Part shown: piece after piece, positions 27,818 through 39,800 of the stretch | Layout: each line of letters opens with the position of its first letter | Position numbering within the stretch: position 1 is the first letter of the stretch | Source: Chitinophagales bacterium | Lineage (GTDB): Bacteria > Bacteroidota > Bacteroidia > Chitinophagales > LD1 | NCBI GenBank assembly: GCA_026129525.1 | Contig: JAHCHW010000007.1 | Coordinates: forward strand, 132,561-196,560 | DNA: 64,000 bases | Reading direction: 5' to 3' | Translations under genes and position numbers: made by a program | Notes under the pieces: model-generated | The model's input: the letters and a program-made list of their open reading frames with translations, nothing else | What the model was told of the DNA's origin: nothing | The model's database searches: none

Positions 27818-27895
27818 TGCCAAATAAATTTTAACCACATAGACACATAGTTAACATAGCGTATGGGTTGCTATATGCCAATGAGATTTTACACT

Positions 27896-29770
27896 TTATG
27901 CCAACTCCTCCTCTAATTCTTTTACTTCATCTTTCTCAATCCTCAAATTTTCAATAATAAACTTCTGTCTGTCCTCGGTGTTTTTGCCCATGTAGTACGA
28001 AAGCAAACTTTCAATTTTGATTTTGTCTTCAATAATTACGGGGCTTACACGCATTTCTTCGCCAATAAATCCGGCAAACTCTTCGGGCGAAATTTCTCCC
28101 AACCCTTTAAAGCGCGTTATTTCAGGATTTCCTTTTAATTCTCTAATAGCAGCTTGCTTTTCGCTCTCATCATAACAGTAAATGGTTTTCTGTTTATTGC
28201 GGACACGGAACAATGGTGTTTCCAAAATCTTTACATGCCCGTTGCGAATCAAATCGGGAAAGAATTGCAAAAAGAATGTAAGCAGCAGCAAGCGAATGTG
28301 CATGCCATCCACATCGGCATCGGTAGCTACTATAATGTTGTTGTAGCGCAGGTCGTCAATACTGTCTTCAATATTCAGCGCGTGTTGCAGCAAGTTAAAT
28401 TCTTCGTTTTCGTAAACAACTTTTTTGGTCAACCCAAAACAGTTTAATGGTTTACCACGCAACGAAAACACCGCTTGCAAATCAGGGTTTCTGCTCTTGG
28501 TAATAGAGCCGCTAGCAGAATCACCTTCAGTGATGAAGAGTGTAGTGTTTAATCTGTCAACTGCTTTTTCATCGTTAAAGTGCACGCGGCAGTCGCGCAG
28601 TTTTTTATTGTGGATGTTCGCCTTTTTTGCTCTTTCATTTGCCAGCTTTTTGATTCCGGCAATTTCTTTCCGCTCGCGTTCACTCTGCAAAATGCGTTTA
28701 AGTAAAGCCTCGGCTGTTTGCGGATTTTTGTGGAGGTAGTTGTCTAAGTTTTCTTTTACAAACTCGAGCACAAACTGCTTCATGGTTTTTTCTTCGCCAT
28801 GCAGCTTTTCTGTTCCTAACTTGGTTTTTGTTTGCGATTCAAAAACGGGTTCCTGAATACGCACCGAAATTGCCCCCACCATTGCCTCCCGAATATCAAC
28901 CGCATCAAAATCTTTCTTGTAAAAATCGCGCACTGTTTTTACCACTGCCTCGCGGAAAGCCAAAAGGTGTGTTCCTCCCTGAATGGTGTATTGCCCGTTT
29001 ACGAAACTGTAATGCTCTTCCCCGTATTGATGGTTGTGCGTTAGGGCAATCTCAATATCCTCACTCACAAGGTGAATAATCGGATAAATCAAATCGGCAT
29101 TTTCCTTTTTGCGCGAAAGCAAATCGTACAACCCTTTTTGCGAAATATATTTGTTGCCGTTGTAGTAAAAAGTTAAACCGGTGTTGAGATACGTGTAGTT
29201 CTGAATCATCGTTTCTACATACTCATGCATGTAGTGATAATTCTTAAAAATTTTATTGTCGGGCAAAAATTCAATGTAAGTACCGTTGGGTTCATCGGTT
29301 TTTTCCAGCTTGTGATCTTTTACCAGTTTACCGGCTTCAAACTCAGCACATTTTTTTTGCCCATCGCGTACTGCGTAAGCTTTAAAATAGGTAGAAAGGG
29401 CATTTACTGCCTTGGTACCCACACCATTCAATCCAACAGATTTTTTAAACGCCTTTGAATCGTATTTAGCACCGGTGTTAATTTGCGAAACACAGTCAAT
29501 CAGTTTGCCCAGCGGAATACCGCGACCGTAATCGCGCACGGTTACTTTTTCTTTGGTAACGGTAATGTCCACCTTCTTGCCATACCCCATTTGGTATTCA
29601 TCAATACAGTTGTCAATTACTTCCTTCAGCAAAATATAAATACCGTCATCCATTGATGAGCCGTCACCGGTTTTGCCGATATACATACCCGGGCGGATTC
29701 GGATATGCTCTAACCAATCGAGGGTTTTTACCTCGTCTTCGGTGTATTTTACTTCTTCGTTTTTAGCCAT
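27896..29770 (-). CDS. parE: Type IIA topoisomerase subunit B (topoisomerase IV ParE-like)
   Basis: Start at ATG 29770 (MAKNEEVKY). [19 protein letters not shown] ATPase motifs, TOPRIM EGDSA and DADVDGMHI. Confidence 0.87.
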   Translation of the reverse strand: MAKNEEVKYTEDEVKTLDWLEHIRIRPGMYIGKTGDGSSMDDGIYILLKEVIDNCIDEYQMGYGKKVDITVTKEKVTVRDYGRGIPLGKLIDCVSQINTGAKYDSKAFKKSVGLNGVGTKAVNALSTYFKAYAVRDGQKKCAEFEAGKLVKDHKLEKTDEPNGTYIEFLPDNKIFKNYHYMHEYVETMIQNYTYLNTGLTFYYNGNKYISQKGLYDLLSRKKENADLIYPIIHLVSEDIEIALTHNHQYGEEHYSFVNGQYTIQGGTHLLAFREAVVKTVRDFYKKDFDAVDIREAMVGAISVRIQEPVFESQTKTKLGTEKLHGEEKTMKQFVLEFVKENLDNYLHKNPQTAEALLKRILQSERERKEIAGIKKLANERAKKANIHNKKLRDCRVHFNDEKAVDRLNTTLFITEGDSASGSITKSRNPDLQAVFSLRGKPLNCFGLTKKVVYENEEFNLLQHALNIEDSIDDLRYNNIIVATDADVDGMHIRLLLLTFFLQFFPDLIRNGHVKILETPLFRVRNKQKTIYCYDESEKQAAIRELKGNPEITRFKGLGEISPEEFAGFIGEEMRVSPVIIEDKIKIESLLSYYMGKNTEDRQKFIIENLRIEKDEVKELEEELA

Positions 29771-30009
29771 GCTGCAATAATTTGTGTACACAGCGCAATG
29801 AATGTGCGCTTCAAAAAGGTGCTGTGAAAATACAGCGCGCGCGAAAGTAAAAATGCGGGAGAAATCAACAGGAAATGTGTGTTGATAAGAAATAAGGACA
29901 GCCCGTTTACGAGTGAATTTTGAACAATTTGCTCACATTTTATTGAAGTGTTGCTCTACCTTTTTACAAAAAACTTATTTTGCAGCCCATCGGGCACCTT
30001 TGTTAACCA

Positions 30010-30996
30010 ATGGATATTTCAGTTTACATAAGCGAATTGCTGTACGACCACGATTGTGTGGTTATTCCCAACTTTGGCGGAATAGTTTGCAGTTATCAGC
30101 CTGCCGAAATTCATCCGGTGTTAAACACCATTTCTCCTCCATCAAAAGCAATTGCTTTTAATAAAAACCTGCAAGTGAACGATGGTTTGCTGGCGCAATA
30201 CATAGCAGGCAAGCATAATGTTGATTTTGAAACTGCACTTACATACATAGCCAACTGGACCAGTTCTGCAAAGAGTTTGTTGGAAAGCGGTGAAAAAGTT
30301 GTATTGCACAAAACAGGAGAACTGATACTTGATATTGAGAAGAACATTCAGTTTAAGGCTTATACAAGGTTCAACTACCTGAAAAGTTCCTTTGCATTGC
30401 CGGTGTTACATGCATTGCCGGTAATACATGCTAAAGAGCGAAAACTTGAGCCGGCAAAAGAAGCAGGAGATGAAAACCGCACAAACAGTTGGAGTAAATG
30501 GAAAATAGCGGCTACTGTTTTAATTCTTGTAGCACTTTCTGCGCTTGCACAGTTAATGCGTATGGGTGTTGAAGTAAAACAGTTCGAGATAAGCGAAGCT
30601 CACTTTCTCAATTTTGTTGAGTGGTTTTCGCCTGTTAAAGAAGCAGATAAAAGGTTGCTGCCCGTTTATATTGAATCAACTTCTGAAGAAACTGCTACGA
30701 AGGAAGATTTTCCGGTTGCTGTAACAGAAACAAATAACGAAACATCATCTCAACAACAGCAGAATTTAAAGCAAGGCTACTACATCATTATCGGCTCTTT
30801 TGCCAATCCGGCTAATGCTGCTGCTGCTAAAGAGAAATTGCTCAGCAGCAACAGCACTTACTCCATTCTGGAAGAAAGCAACGGAGACTTTACAAAAGTG
30901 GGCTATTGGGCGGCAAACGACTTGGCAAGCGCCCGCGAACAACTTTCACAAGCCAGAGTAGAGGACTCTACTTACTGGCTTTACCGGAAACAATAG
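30010..30996 (+). CDS. HU-CCDC81-like N-domain / SPOR domain-containing protein
   Basis: N-terminus MDISVYISELLYDHDCVVIPNFGGIV, a central TM segment (WKIAATVLILVALSALAQL) and a C-terminal SPOR-like GYYIIIGSFANPANAAAAKEKL...YWLYR. Confidence 0.78.
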   Translation: MDISVYISELLYDHDCVVIPNFGGIVCSYQPAEIHPVLNTISPPSKAIAFNKNLQVNDGLLAQYIAGKHNVDFETALTYIANWTSSAKSLLESGEKVVLHKTGELILDIEKNIQFKAYTRFNYLKSSFALPVLHALPVIHAKERKLEPAKEAGDENRTNSWSKWKIAATVLILVALSALAQLMRMGVEVKQFEISEAHFLNFVEWFSPVKEADKRLLPVYIESTSEETATKEDFPVAVTETNNETSSQQQQNLKQGYYIIIGSFANPANAAAAKEKLLSSNSTYSILEESNGDFTKVGYWAANDLASAREQLSQARVEDSTYWLYRKQ

Positions 30997-31115
30997 CGGC
31001 ATAATAGTGCCCAATGCCTGAATGCGTTAACAATTTACAACACCTGTTGTTGAGTGTTTAGCTATTTTGGTAACTCACAATTTTCTGAGTGTAAAGGACT
31101 AATTAAACGGGTGTA

Positions 31116-32771
31116 ATGGACTGGCTTTCGACTATATCGCAAAATATGTTTTTTGAATTTACCGCCATATTGCTATTGGCTGCGGCTTTAGGCGGCTTGG
31201 GGCAATTGCTCAGGCAACCGCTCATTGTCATGTTTATTGCTTTAGGAATTATTGTAGGTCCCTCTGCACTCGACATCGTAAAATCAAAAGATAATATTCA
31301 TCTGCTTGCCGAAATTGGTATAGCCGTACTGTTATTCATTGTAGGGCTGAAACTTGATTTGCGCATCATTAAATCAGTGGGAAAAATAGCGCTGCTCACC
31401 GGGCTTGGGCAGGTAGTTTTTACTTCGTTGTTCGGCTACTTTATAGGGCTTGCTTTAGGCTTTTCATCACTGCACAGTTTCTATATTGCCGTAGCGCTTA
31501 CATTCTCCAGCACCATTATTATTGTAAAACTTCTTTCCGATAAAAAAGAAATTGATTCCCTGCACGGACAAATTGCCATCGGTTTTCTTATTGTGCAGGA
31601 TATTGTGGTAATACTTGTAATGATTGTGCTTTCCGCCATGCGGCAAAGCGATAATGGATCGCTTGCGCAGGACATTGCAAAAACACTGGCATCGGGAGGT
31701 ATATTGCTGGCAGTTACTGTGGTTGCCATGAAATGGATTATCCCCCGCCTTAGTTACTTTATGGCAAAGTCGCAAGAGTTGCTTACTCTGTTTGCCATTG
31801 CATGGGCAGTTACCTTAGCCGCAGCCGGAGAAATGATGAACTTTAGTGCCGAAGTAGGCGCGTTTCTTGCCGGTGTTAGTCTTGCTTCTTCCGATTTTCG
31901 CGATACGATCAGCAGCCGCTTAGTGAGTTTGCGCGATTTTTTGCTGCTATTCTTTTTTGTAAACCTTGGTGCAGAGTTAAATCTGAATGTAATCGGCAAT
32001 CAAATTGCACCGGCAGTAGTGTTTTCGGTATTTGTGCTCGTTGGCAATCCCATTATAGTGCTAATTATAATGGGATTGATGGGTTATCGCAAACGCACAT
32101 CGTTTCTTGCCGGGCTTACCGTGGCGCAGATAAGTGAGTTCTCGCTCATTTTTGCAGGCTTGGGTTTAAGTGTCGGGCACATTACCGAAGAAACAGTAGG
32201 ACTTATTACATTGGTGGGATTGGTAACTATCGGGCTTTCTACTTACCTCATTTTGTATTCGCATCCCATTTACGAATTTATTGCTCCGGTACTCGGCATT
32301 TTTGAAAAGAAGAGTCCGGCTGTAGAAAATGAATTGTTTAGGGAGGATAAAGCTGATTATGACATCCTCATTCTCGGATTGGGGCGTTTTGGCGGTACCA
32401 TTTTGCAAATGTTAGAAGAGCATCCACAAGTAAAGTATTTGGGGGTTGATTTTGACCCCATTGCCATCAAATATTTTCATGACAAGGGCAAAGATGTAAT
32501 GTATGGCGATATGGAAGACCCTGAATTGATAGAGCATCTTCCTATTAAAAACACAAAGTGCATTATCAGCACCGTGCCGTATGCGGAGCACTCGCTGCAC
32601 TTGGTAAAGTGCCTGAAAGAAGCAGACTATAAAGGAAAGCTATATCTTACAGTTAACAACCAAAACGATTACGAGTTACTTAAAAACTGCGGTGCTGATG
32701 AAGTGCTAATGCCACACCGCATGGCGGCTGCTAATTTTTACAATCAGTTTCTTACGCAAGTAATTCAATAA
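31116..32771 (+). CDS. Cation:proton antiporter (Kef/CPA2-type) with C-terminal RCK/TrkA-N domain
   Basis: About 11 TM segments, then the Rossmann-like ILILGLGRFGGTILQML motif. Confidence 0.85.
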   Translation: MDWLSTISQNMFFEFTAILLLAAALGGLGQLLRQPLIVMFIALGIIVGPSALDIVKSKDNIHLLAEIGIAVLLFIVGLKLDLRIIKSVGKIALLTGLGQVVFTSLFGYFIGLALGFSSLHSFYIAVALTFSSTIIIVKLLSDKKEIDSLHGQIAIGFLIVQDIVVILVMIVLSAMRQSDNGSLAQDIAKTLASGGILLAVTVVAMKWIIPRLSYFMAKSQELLTLFAIAWAVTLAAAGEMMNFSAEVGAFLAGVSLASSDFRDTISSRLVSLRDFLLLFFFVNLGAELNLNVIGNQIAPAVVFSVFVLVGNPIIVLIIMGLMGYRKRTSFLAGLTVAQISEFSLIFAGLGLSVGHITEETVGLITLVGLVTIGLSTYLILYSHPIYEFIAPVLGIFEKKSPAVENELFREDKADYDILILGLGRFGGTILQMLEEHPQVKYLGVDFDPIAIKYFHDKGKDVMYGDMEDPELIEHLPIKNTKCIISTVPYAEHSLHLVKCLKEADYKGKLYLTVNNQNDYELLKNCGADEVLMPHRMAAANFYNQFLTQVIQ

Positions 32772-32791
32772 ACGAATAGCATTTACAATTT

Positions 32792-34051
32792 CTACGTTTT
32801 CTGCTTTTTCTTTCTTGCCGCGGGGAACAACACGTTGTTGAGAATAAGCCTGTAGCCAGGTGAATTAGGATGTAAATCCAAATTAGTTGGCGGGTCGCCT
32901 ACCAAATGCTGATAATCTTCGGGGTCATGCCCACCGTACCAAGTCCATAATCCTTTGCCGTATTCGCCATGTATGTAACGGGCTTCGTTTGCACTCTTGT
33001 TTTGCCCCATTATCAGTACATTGCTTTTAATGAAATTTTTATTGAAAGCAGTGGTTTGTCCCATAAAACCTTTTACGGTTTTAGTGTGGTTTTGGCAAAG
33101 CATGGTAGGAACAGGGTCCCATTTAGCACTGAAATCGAACAGCGTAAAGTAATCCAAATCCTTTTGCACGGTACGCCCGAAGTTGGCATCAATATCGGAG
33201 TATTCGTATTCGTAAGGATTAGTGCGTAGATGCCAGTTTTCGAAAGCAAGGCAGTTGGCATATTCTAACTTTTGTTGTGCGTTCGGGTCTTGGGCATCGT
33301 GGTCGAACATCACATCGCAGATGTCGGTATTCTCAGCCGCAAGAGCAATGTCATAACTGTCTGTAGCGCTACACATAGCGAACATAAACCCACCGCCAAA
33401 CACAAAACTTTTTATCTCTTTAGCCACAGCTAACTTCATTTGCGACACTTTCGAAAAACCTCTGCGCTTGGCAGTTGCTTCCTGCTTGGCTACATCTTCC
33501 TGATACCACTGTGCTCCGCTGTAGCTGAAATAAAATTTTCCGTACTGTCCCGTAAAATCTTCATGATGCAGGTGTAGCCAATCGTATTGTATAAGTTTCC
33601 CGTCAAGCACTTCATCATCATACACAATATCGTACGGAATTTCTGCATAGGTAAGCACCAGTGTAACGGCATCGTCCCACGGCAACTTGTTCTTAGGCGA
33701 GTAAACACAAATTTTGGGGGCTTTCTCCAATTTCATCACATCCATGTTCTGCTCCGGATTGGCTATATCGGCAACAATGGCATTATACTGCCCATCGGCA
33801 ATTACTTCGTAACTCACACCTCTTATTTTGCATTCGTTCTCTATAGCTTTAGCATAAGGCACGGCAAAACTTCCGCCACGATAATTCAGCAGCCAGTCAA
33901 CATTCACTTCCTGTTTTAACGCCCAGTAAGCAATGCCGTAGGCTTTCATGTGGTTTGCCTGCGCCAAATCCATAGGAATAAGAATTTGCGAAGCATTTGC
34001 TGCATGAATTATTGCAAGCATAACCAGCGATAAAAGGTATTTGAAGTTCAT
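32792..34051 (-). CDS. Conserved secreted protein of unknown function (possible class I glutamine-amidotransferase-like fold)
   Basis: Start moved to ATG 34051 (signal peptide MNFKYLLSLVMLAIIHAANASQ). ILIPMDLAQANHMKAYGIAYWAL and GGGFMFAMCSATD motifs. As I recall, relatives are often auto-labelled asparagine synthetase B, but I see no support for that function. Confidence 0.55.
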   Translation of the reverse strand: MNFKYLLSLVMLAIIHAANASQILIPMDLAQANHMKAYGIAYWALKQEVNVDWLLNYRGGSFAVPYAKAIENECKIRGVSYEVIADGQYNAIVADIANPEQNMDVMKLEKAPKICVYSPKNKLPWDDAVTLVLTYAEIPYDIVYDDEVLDGKLIQYDWLHLHHEDFTGQYGKFYFSYSGAQWYQEDVAKQEATAKRRGFSKVSQMKLAVAKEIKSFVFGGGFMFAMCSATDSYDIALAAENTDICDVMFDHDAQDPNAQQKLEYANCLAFENWHLRTNPYEYEYSDIDANFGRTVQKDLDYFTLFDFSAKWDPVPTMLCQNHTKTVKGFMGQTTAFNKNFIKSNVLIMGQNKSANEARYIHGEYGKGLWTWYGGHDPEDYQHLVGDPPTNLDLHPNSPGYRLILNNVLFPAARKKKQKT

Positions 34052-34141
34052 GTTGTAAAGTTGATGCAAATAAGCCGATTTTTCGCTACGCGATTCGGTT
34101 GGTTGAAAACTATTAACAATAGCTGATACCTTAGCGCTGTA

Positions 34142-36238
34142 ATGATACAAATACAGTTGCGCCATCGTTATTTTGTTCTTCTACTTTTAATAGTGGCAAC
34201 ACTTTCTGTTTTTCCGCAAAGCACCACCATAAGGGGTATTGTAAATTCGTATGGTGCGGTTTATGCAATTAATTACTGCGAGAACAAGCTAACCCTTCAA
34301 TCCACTGCGGGCTTTCAACCAAACCAAAAAGTGCTGATGTTGCAAATGAAAGGCGCACAAATAAGTACAGGTAACAACGCTCAGTTTGGCGATATACTCG
34401 ATTACAAAGGCTGCGGAAATTTTGAGATAAACACTATCGAATGGATTTCGGGGAACGATGTAAAACTGAAGTATGCAATTCTGCGCGATTATGAAGCATC
34501 GGGTATTGTGCAGCTAATTACAATTCCCGAGTACGGCACAGCCGTTACAGATTCAACACTGCATGCCAAAAATTGGGATGGCAATTCGGGTGGGGTACTG
34601 ATACTAAAAGCTGATACCCTGATTTTAAATGACAGCATTTCGTTGTTGGGTGCCGGATTTAGAGGAGCAGCAGTAGAAAATGAACTCAATTGCTGGAACA
34701 ACGGAAACGGAGGCGCAAGCGATTATGTATATCCCACAAGCGAAGTTGGTGCGCGAAAAGGCGAAGGAAACGGGAATACGCCTTATCCGTTTGGTAGAGG
34801 TAAAAACGGAAATGGCGGTGGTGGTGGTAACGACCACAACACGGGCGGTGGCGGTGGCGGCAATTACGGAGCAGGTGGCAAAGGCGGTATTCGCTCTAAT
34901 GTTTCGCAGTTCAGTTGTCCGGGTCCTGCACCGGGCGAAGGCGGTGCTGCCATGCTATACAATAATACTGCCAACCGCATTTTTATGGGTGGTGGCGGTG
35001 GTGCTGGCGACCAAAACAACAATGAAGCTACGCCCGGTGGCAATGGTGGAGGTATTTGCATTCTGATGTGTAAGATGCTTGTAAGCAACAACCAAAACAT
35101 TAACGCCAACGGAAGAAGTGTAACAGCAACAGCGCAAAGCGATGGAGCCGGTGGTGGAGGAGCGGGTGGCACTGTGTTGTTGTATATTGATACATACCTT
35201 GGCAATTTGCTGATAAATGTAAATGGTGGTAACGGTGGTAAACTGAACAATGGTGGCAGCTATTCATTCTGCTTTGGGCCCGGAGCGGGCGGTGGGGGAG
35301 GAGCGGTTTGGATAAAGGGCAATTCGCTTCCTGCATTTGTTACAGTTAAAGATTCGGGAGGCATTAACGGATGGAATACGTTTATTCCCAACCCACCTGC
35401 TTGTCCGTTGGGCACTACTAATGGTGCAGAGCGCGGCAATAAGGGTGGGACAATAACCGGCTTGCAAATACCGGAGGCAGCCACTCCTTTTGTTCCCGTA
35501 AGTGCAACTGCCTGTTGCGATACATTGGTTTGTAGCGGAGAAATTATATCGCTTGGAGGTAACGGAACTGCTACTTATCCGCCCCCTGCGTTTATATGGA
35601 GCAACGGAAACAGTAGTGCCACATTTAATGAACTTGTTCACTATTCGCAGGTTTTTACACTTACAGTAACTGACCACCGCGGTTGCGAAGCATCGGCATC
35701 GGTAAATGTTATAGTTCCGCAGGTGTACGTCAACATCAGCGCGCATCCCGACTCGGCTGTGTTGCTGGGACAATCGGTGCAGTTAACGGCTTTATCCTCA
35801 TCGGCACTTACATATTCATGGAGTCCTGCAAGCGGACTTAACAATTCTGCCACTTATAATCCCTTAGCAACCCCCGATGTTACCACTACTTATTGCGTTA
35901 CTGTAACCGATGGTTACGGCTGTACCACTTCTTCGTGCAAAACCATTGAATTGTTATTGCCCGATGTAAAAGTGCCCGATGCATTTAGCCCCAATGGCGA
36001 TGGCATAAACGATGTGTTTACCATTTTTGAAGGCAACTATGCTAATATTCTGGAGATAAAAATTTTCAACCGCTGGGGCGAAGTGGTTTTTACTTCGCCC
36101 GTTAATGCCGCATGGGATGGTACCCACAAAGGCAAATTGCAAAATGCAGGTACTTACGTTTGCAGGGTAGTTTACAGCAGTCCGCTTAATCCGGGCAAAA
36201 CTAAAGAAGTTGTAAAAGATTTTGTTTTGATAAGATAG
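34142..36238 (+). CDS. Glycine-rich secreted protein with T9SS type B (gliding-motility-associated) C-terminal domain
   Basis: Signal peptide. Conserved LMLQMKGAQ and WDGNSGGVLILKADTLILN motifs. Poly-Gly tracts (GNGGGGGNDHNTGGGGGGNYGAGGKGG, GGGGGAGD, DGAGGGGAGGTVLLY, GPGAGGGGGAVWI). Two Ig-like modules. CTD PDAFSPNGDGINDVF...IKIFNRWGEVVF...WDG...GTYVC. Confidence 0.85.
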   Translation: MIQIQLRHRYFVLLLLIVATLSVFPQSTTIRGIVNSYGAVYAINYCENKLTLQSTAGFQPNQKVLMLQMKGAQISTGNNAQFGDILDYKGCGNFEINTIEWISGNDVKLKYAILRDYEASGIVQLITIPEYGTAVTDSTLHAKNWDGNSGGVLILKADTLILNDSISLLGAGFRGAAVENELNCWNNGNGGASDYVYPTSEVGARKGEGNGNTPYPFGRGKNGNGGGGGNDHNTGGGGGGNYGAGGKGGIRSNVSQFSCPGPAPGEGGAAMLYNNTANRIFMGGGGGAGDQNNNEATPGGNGGGICILMCKMLVSNNQNINANGRSVTATAQSDGAGGGGAGGTVLLYIDTYLGNLLINVNGGNGGKLNNGGSYSFCFGPGAGGGGGAVWIKGNSLPAFVTVKDSGGINGWNTFIPNPPACPLGTTNGAERGNKGGTITGLQIPEAATPFVPVSATACCDTLVCSGEIISLGGNGTATYPPPAFIWSNGNSSATFNELVHYSQVFTLTVTDHRGCEASASVNVIVPQVYVNISAHPDSAVLLGQSVQLTALSSSALTYSWSPASGLNNSATYNPLATPDVTTTYCVTVTDGYGCTTSSCKTIELLLPDVKVPDAFSPNGDGINDVFTIFEGNYANILEIKIFNRWGEVVFTSPVNAAWDGTHKGKLQNAGTYVCRVVYSSPLNPGKTKEVVKDFVLIR

Positions 36239-36261
36239 AGAGTGGAAAAGCGATAACTCAC

Positions 36262-36732
36262 ATGCAACAGTTTCCGGTAAGGTACGGACAAATTTGGAAA
36301 GTGGTGGTAGCCATGGTAGCGCCACCGTTAGTAACTGTGGCACCTTTTGTTCAGGCAATGCGCCAGTTGCCATCGCTACCCGAGTGGGCAGTATATGCTG
36401 TTATTTTTGCTTTTCTTGGTTTGCTGTTTTCGTTCACTTTATGGTTAGTGTTAAGCATTTATCCTAAAGCACTTTTGCAGATAGGCGATGATGAAATTTA
36501 CCTCATTTTTGATGCTTCGAATTGGCTGCACCCGCGCGATTTTTCGATAAAGATGAATAACATAACTTACATGAGCGCACAAGATGCCGTTGTAACCGAT
36601 AGCGTGCAGCTTAAAGCTAAAAATCCTTACAGGCGATTCCGGTTATCCGCCCGCAGTTATAATGCCGATGATTATGCTGCTTTTAATGAAGCGGTGGAAT
36701 TGTTGAGGGGGAAAATTAACGAAGTAAACTGA
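36262..36732 (+). CDS. Hypothetical membrane protein (156 aa)
   Basis: Two hydrophobic segments (VVVAMVAPPLVTVAPFV; AVYAVIFAFLGLLFSFTLWLVLSI) followed by a soluble tail of about 90 aa. No recognisable family. It sits in the same orientation 23 nt after the Gly-rich protein gene. Confidence 0.5.
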   Translation: MQQFPVRYGQIWKVVVAMVAPPLVTVAPFVQAMRQLPSLPEWAVYAVIFAFLGLLFSFTLWLVLSIYPKALLQIGDDEIYLIFDASNWLHPRDFSIKMNNITYMSAQDAVVTDSVQLKAKNPYRRFRLSARSYNADDYAAFNEAVELLRGKINEVN

Positions 36733-36871
36733 GATTGATAGTTTGCAGTTTTATTAAATTTCAGGCAATGCTATCCTCAACGAAATCTGTTTATTATTCT
36801 TGCACACTTTCGCCTTTTAAAACAAATTCTTAACCTTAATTTCGGTCTTTCGCCAAACTAAAATCCGTTTT

Positions 36872-39800
36872 ATGCATAAAGCACTTTTACTCTCCTTAAT
36901 GGCATTAGCCGTTATTCAGTTGCATGCCACTATTCACACCGTAACGGTAAACAGCAATTTCTTTTCACCTGCTTCTATTACCATTCAAGCAGGCGATACC
37001 ATTGTTTGGAACTGTGTTTCCGGCTGCCACAATGTGAATGGTAGCACAACTACTTTCCCCTCCAATCCGGCAAGTTTCGGCAATAGTGTTGCTTGTTCGC
37101 CTTGGGTTTATACTTTCATATTTAATACCACCGGCATTTACAGTTACCAATGCGACCCGCATAGTGGAAGCGGCATGACCGGTGTTATTACCGTTAATGC
37201 CGCTACACCAACAGTGGTTATTCCCAACGTTTGGATAAACGAAATTCACTACGATAACATAGGCAACGATACACTCGAAGGGTTTGAAATTGCAGGCCCG
37301 GCAGGTACTAACTTAGCTTGCTACAAAGTATATCGTTACAATGGAGCAAACGGACAGTTGTATGGAACAAACACGCTGAGCGGTATAATCCCCAATCAGG
37401 CTTGCGGCTTTGGTGCGGTGTGGTTTCCGGTACCTGTCGATGGTATGCAAAACGGTTCGCCCGATGGTATTGTATTGGAGTATGCACCGCAAGCAACAGG
37501 TTGTGGTGTAAACCATGCCGATACTATTCTTCAACTGCTTTCGTACGAAGGTTCATTTGTTGCCACTAACGGTCGAGCTAACGGTTTAACATTAAACGAT
37601 ATTGGAGTAAGCCAAAACGGAAATCAGCCTATTGGTAATTCGCTGCAGTTAGGCGGAGTGGGAAATGCGTATTCGCAGTTTACATGGCAAAGTTCGCTTG
37701 CCAATACCTACAACAATGTAAACACCAACCAATATTTCTGCGGTACTCCGGTAAGTACCTATCGCTTTTCGCCAACTTCGCTTACCGTAAATGAGAATGC
37801 CGGAAACATTGTAGCGGGCTATGTAAAAGCTACAAATGTTTATGCCCCATCGCAAACTGTTCAAATTGTTTTAAAAACGGGCAGTGCTGCCGATGTTAAC
37901 GGATACAACACACAAACACTAACCTTTACATTGGGTGGGGTTGATTCGCTTCCGTTCAACTTGATCATTACCGATGATGCTTTAGTGGAAGGAACAGAAG
38001 TGCTGGAGTTTGTGCTTCGCAACCCATCGCTTGGCAGCATACATACCGACAGTATTTTTTCGCTTACTATTTTGGATAATGATGTGCCTGCACCTGTGGT
38101 ACAATTTCTAACATCGCTTTCAAGCGTGCCCGAAAATGCCGATAGTGTGCAAATTCCGGTAAGTATTACCAACCCTGCCGCAACACCTACTACGGTTGAT
38201 ATTATGATAATGCCCGGCTCTGCTACGCTCGGAGTTGATTATTCGTACGCTCCGGCTACCATTACATTTCCGGCAAACTCCTCTACCAATCAATTCCTCA
38301 CCGTGTATATCCAAAATGATTTGTTTGCCGAAGGCAACGAAACGGCAACGTTTATGTTAATGAATCCTTCCGGTGGCGCTACTGTGGGCACAAATGGTAT
38401 GCACACGCTTACAATAGTTGATGATGACGTGCAACAAATTTATTTCAACGCTGTTTCGCAAACAAAAATAGAAAGTGCAGGAACAATCAGTCTGGATGTA
38501 ATACTTAATAAGCCCGGAGCAACAAGCACCAGCGTAAGTTTGCAATTGGTTAGTGCAGGCACTACAGCAACCCAGGGCGTAGATTTCCTCTTCAGTGATA
38601 CGGTAATTACATGGGCGCAGGGAACATCGGGTGCCGTAAGTATTCCGATTACCATTATTGACGACAACTTGTATGAGTTTAACGAAACAGTTAAACTTCG
38701 ATTGTCGAATCAAACTTCGGGAGTATTTTTGGTTGATACGAATTTTACTTTAACCATTTTCGATAACGACCCACTGCCCACTGCCGATTGTGCTAATCTG
38801 TTTTTCAGCGAATATGTAGAAGGCACATCCAACAATAAGGCGTTGGAAATTTACAACCCCACAAGCAATGCCATCAACCTTGCCGATTACCGTATTTACA
38901 AATCGCTGAATGGTGGAAGCAGCACAGGCATATTCAATTTAACTGGCTCCATAGCTGCCGGAGATGTGTATGTGCTGGTTTATAATCAGGCTGATTCAAT
39001 ATTGAAGCTGAAGGCAGATACCCTTACATCATTCTTGAACTTTAATGGCAACGATGCACTTGCACTCCTTCATTTGAATGACACAATTGACGTAATCGGA
39101 CAAATTGGTATTGACCCAGGCACATCATGGGTAGTAGGCACAGGGTCAACCGTTGACCATACACTTATTCGCAATTACTACACCTATAAAGGGAGTAAAG
39201 ATTGGCAGGTTGCCGCTAATCAATGGGATTCACATCCTGTAAATCTTTTCGACTCATTGCAGTTTCATCATACCGCCCCCTGCGGAACAACACCTCCAAT
39301 GCCCAAAGCAACACTTCGTTTTCTTGGCACAAGCGCCACTGTTGCCGAAGCTGTTGTAACCGTTAATGTAATTGTTGAAACGGTTAACCCCAGTGGGCAA
39401 AATGCAAATTTTGTGGTAGCGCGCGATAATGCCGCATCAACCGCCATTGCCGGTTTAGATTACAACTTTACCAACCAAACCTTAAGCCGCGGTGCGGGAA
39501 CAAGCATTGATACGGTACATATTGAAGTGTTGGATGATAACCTGATTGAATCTTCCGAAACTGTTGTGCTGCGCTTTATCAACGTATCTTCCAATGTTCA
39601 AATTGGTGCCGATTCGGTTTATGTGCTAACCATTACCGATAGCGATGTGCTTTCGGTTGGTTTTGTTGGTGCCGGATTCAGCTATGTGGAAGATGCAGGA
39701 ACGGTGTACGTGCGTGTAGCGCTTTCTACACAGCATTCCGATACCGTGAAAGCAAGCGTAACACTTGCTGCAGGAAATGCTACAAAGGGAACCGATTTTC

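Noticed and set aside
29792-30009. 218 bp divergent intergenic region (parE / SPOR gene) examined for a riboswitch or small RNA
   Set aside because: I saw no conserved riboswitch core, no stable extended structure and no terminator. Only near-matches to the TAnnTTTG box are present, which is consistent with two ordinary divergent promoters.
34489-35773. Pro-rich and Cys/Arg-rich ORFs (70-169 aa) on both strands across the Gly-tract region
   Set aside because: They are reverse-complement or frame-shifted readings of GGN-rich coding DNA (GGN read in reverse gives NCC, hence Pro). They are nested in the 698 aa cargo gene, which has a signal peptide and a bona fide CTD.
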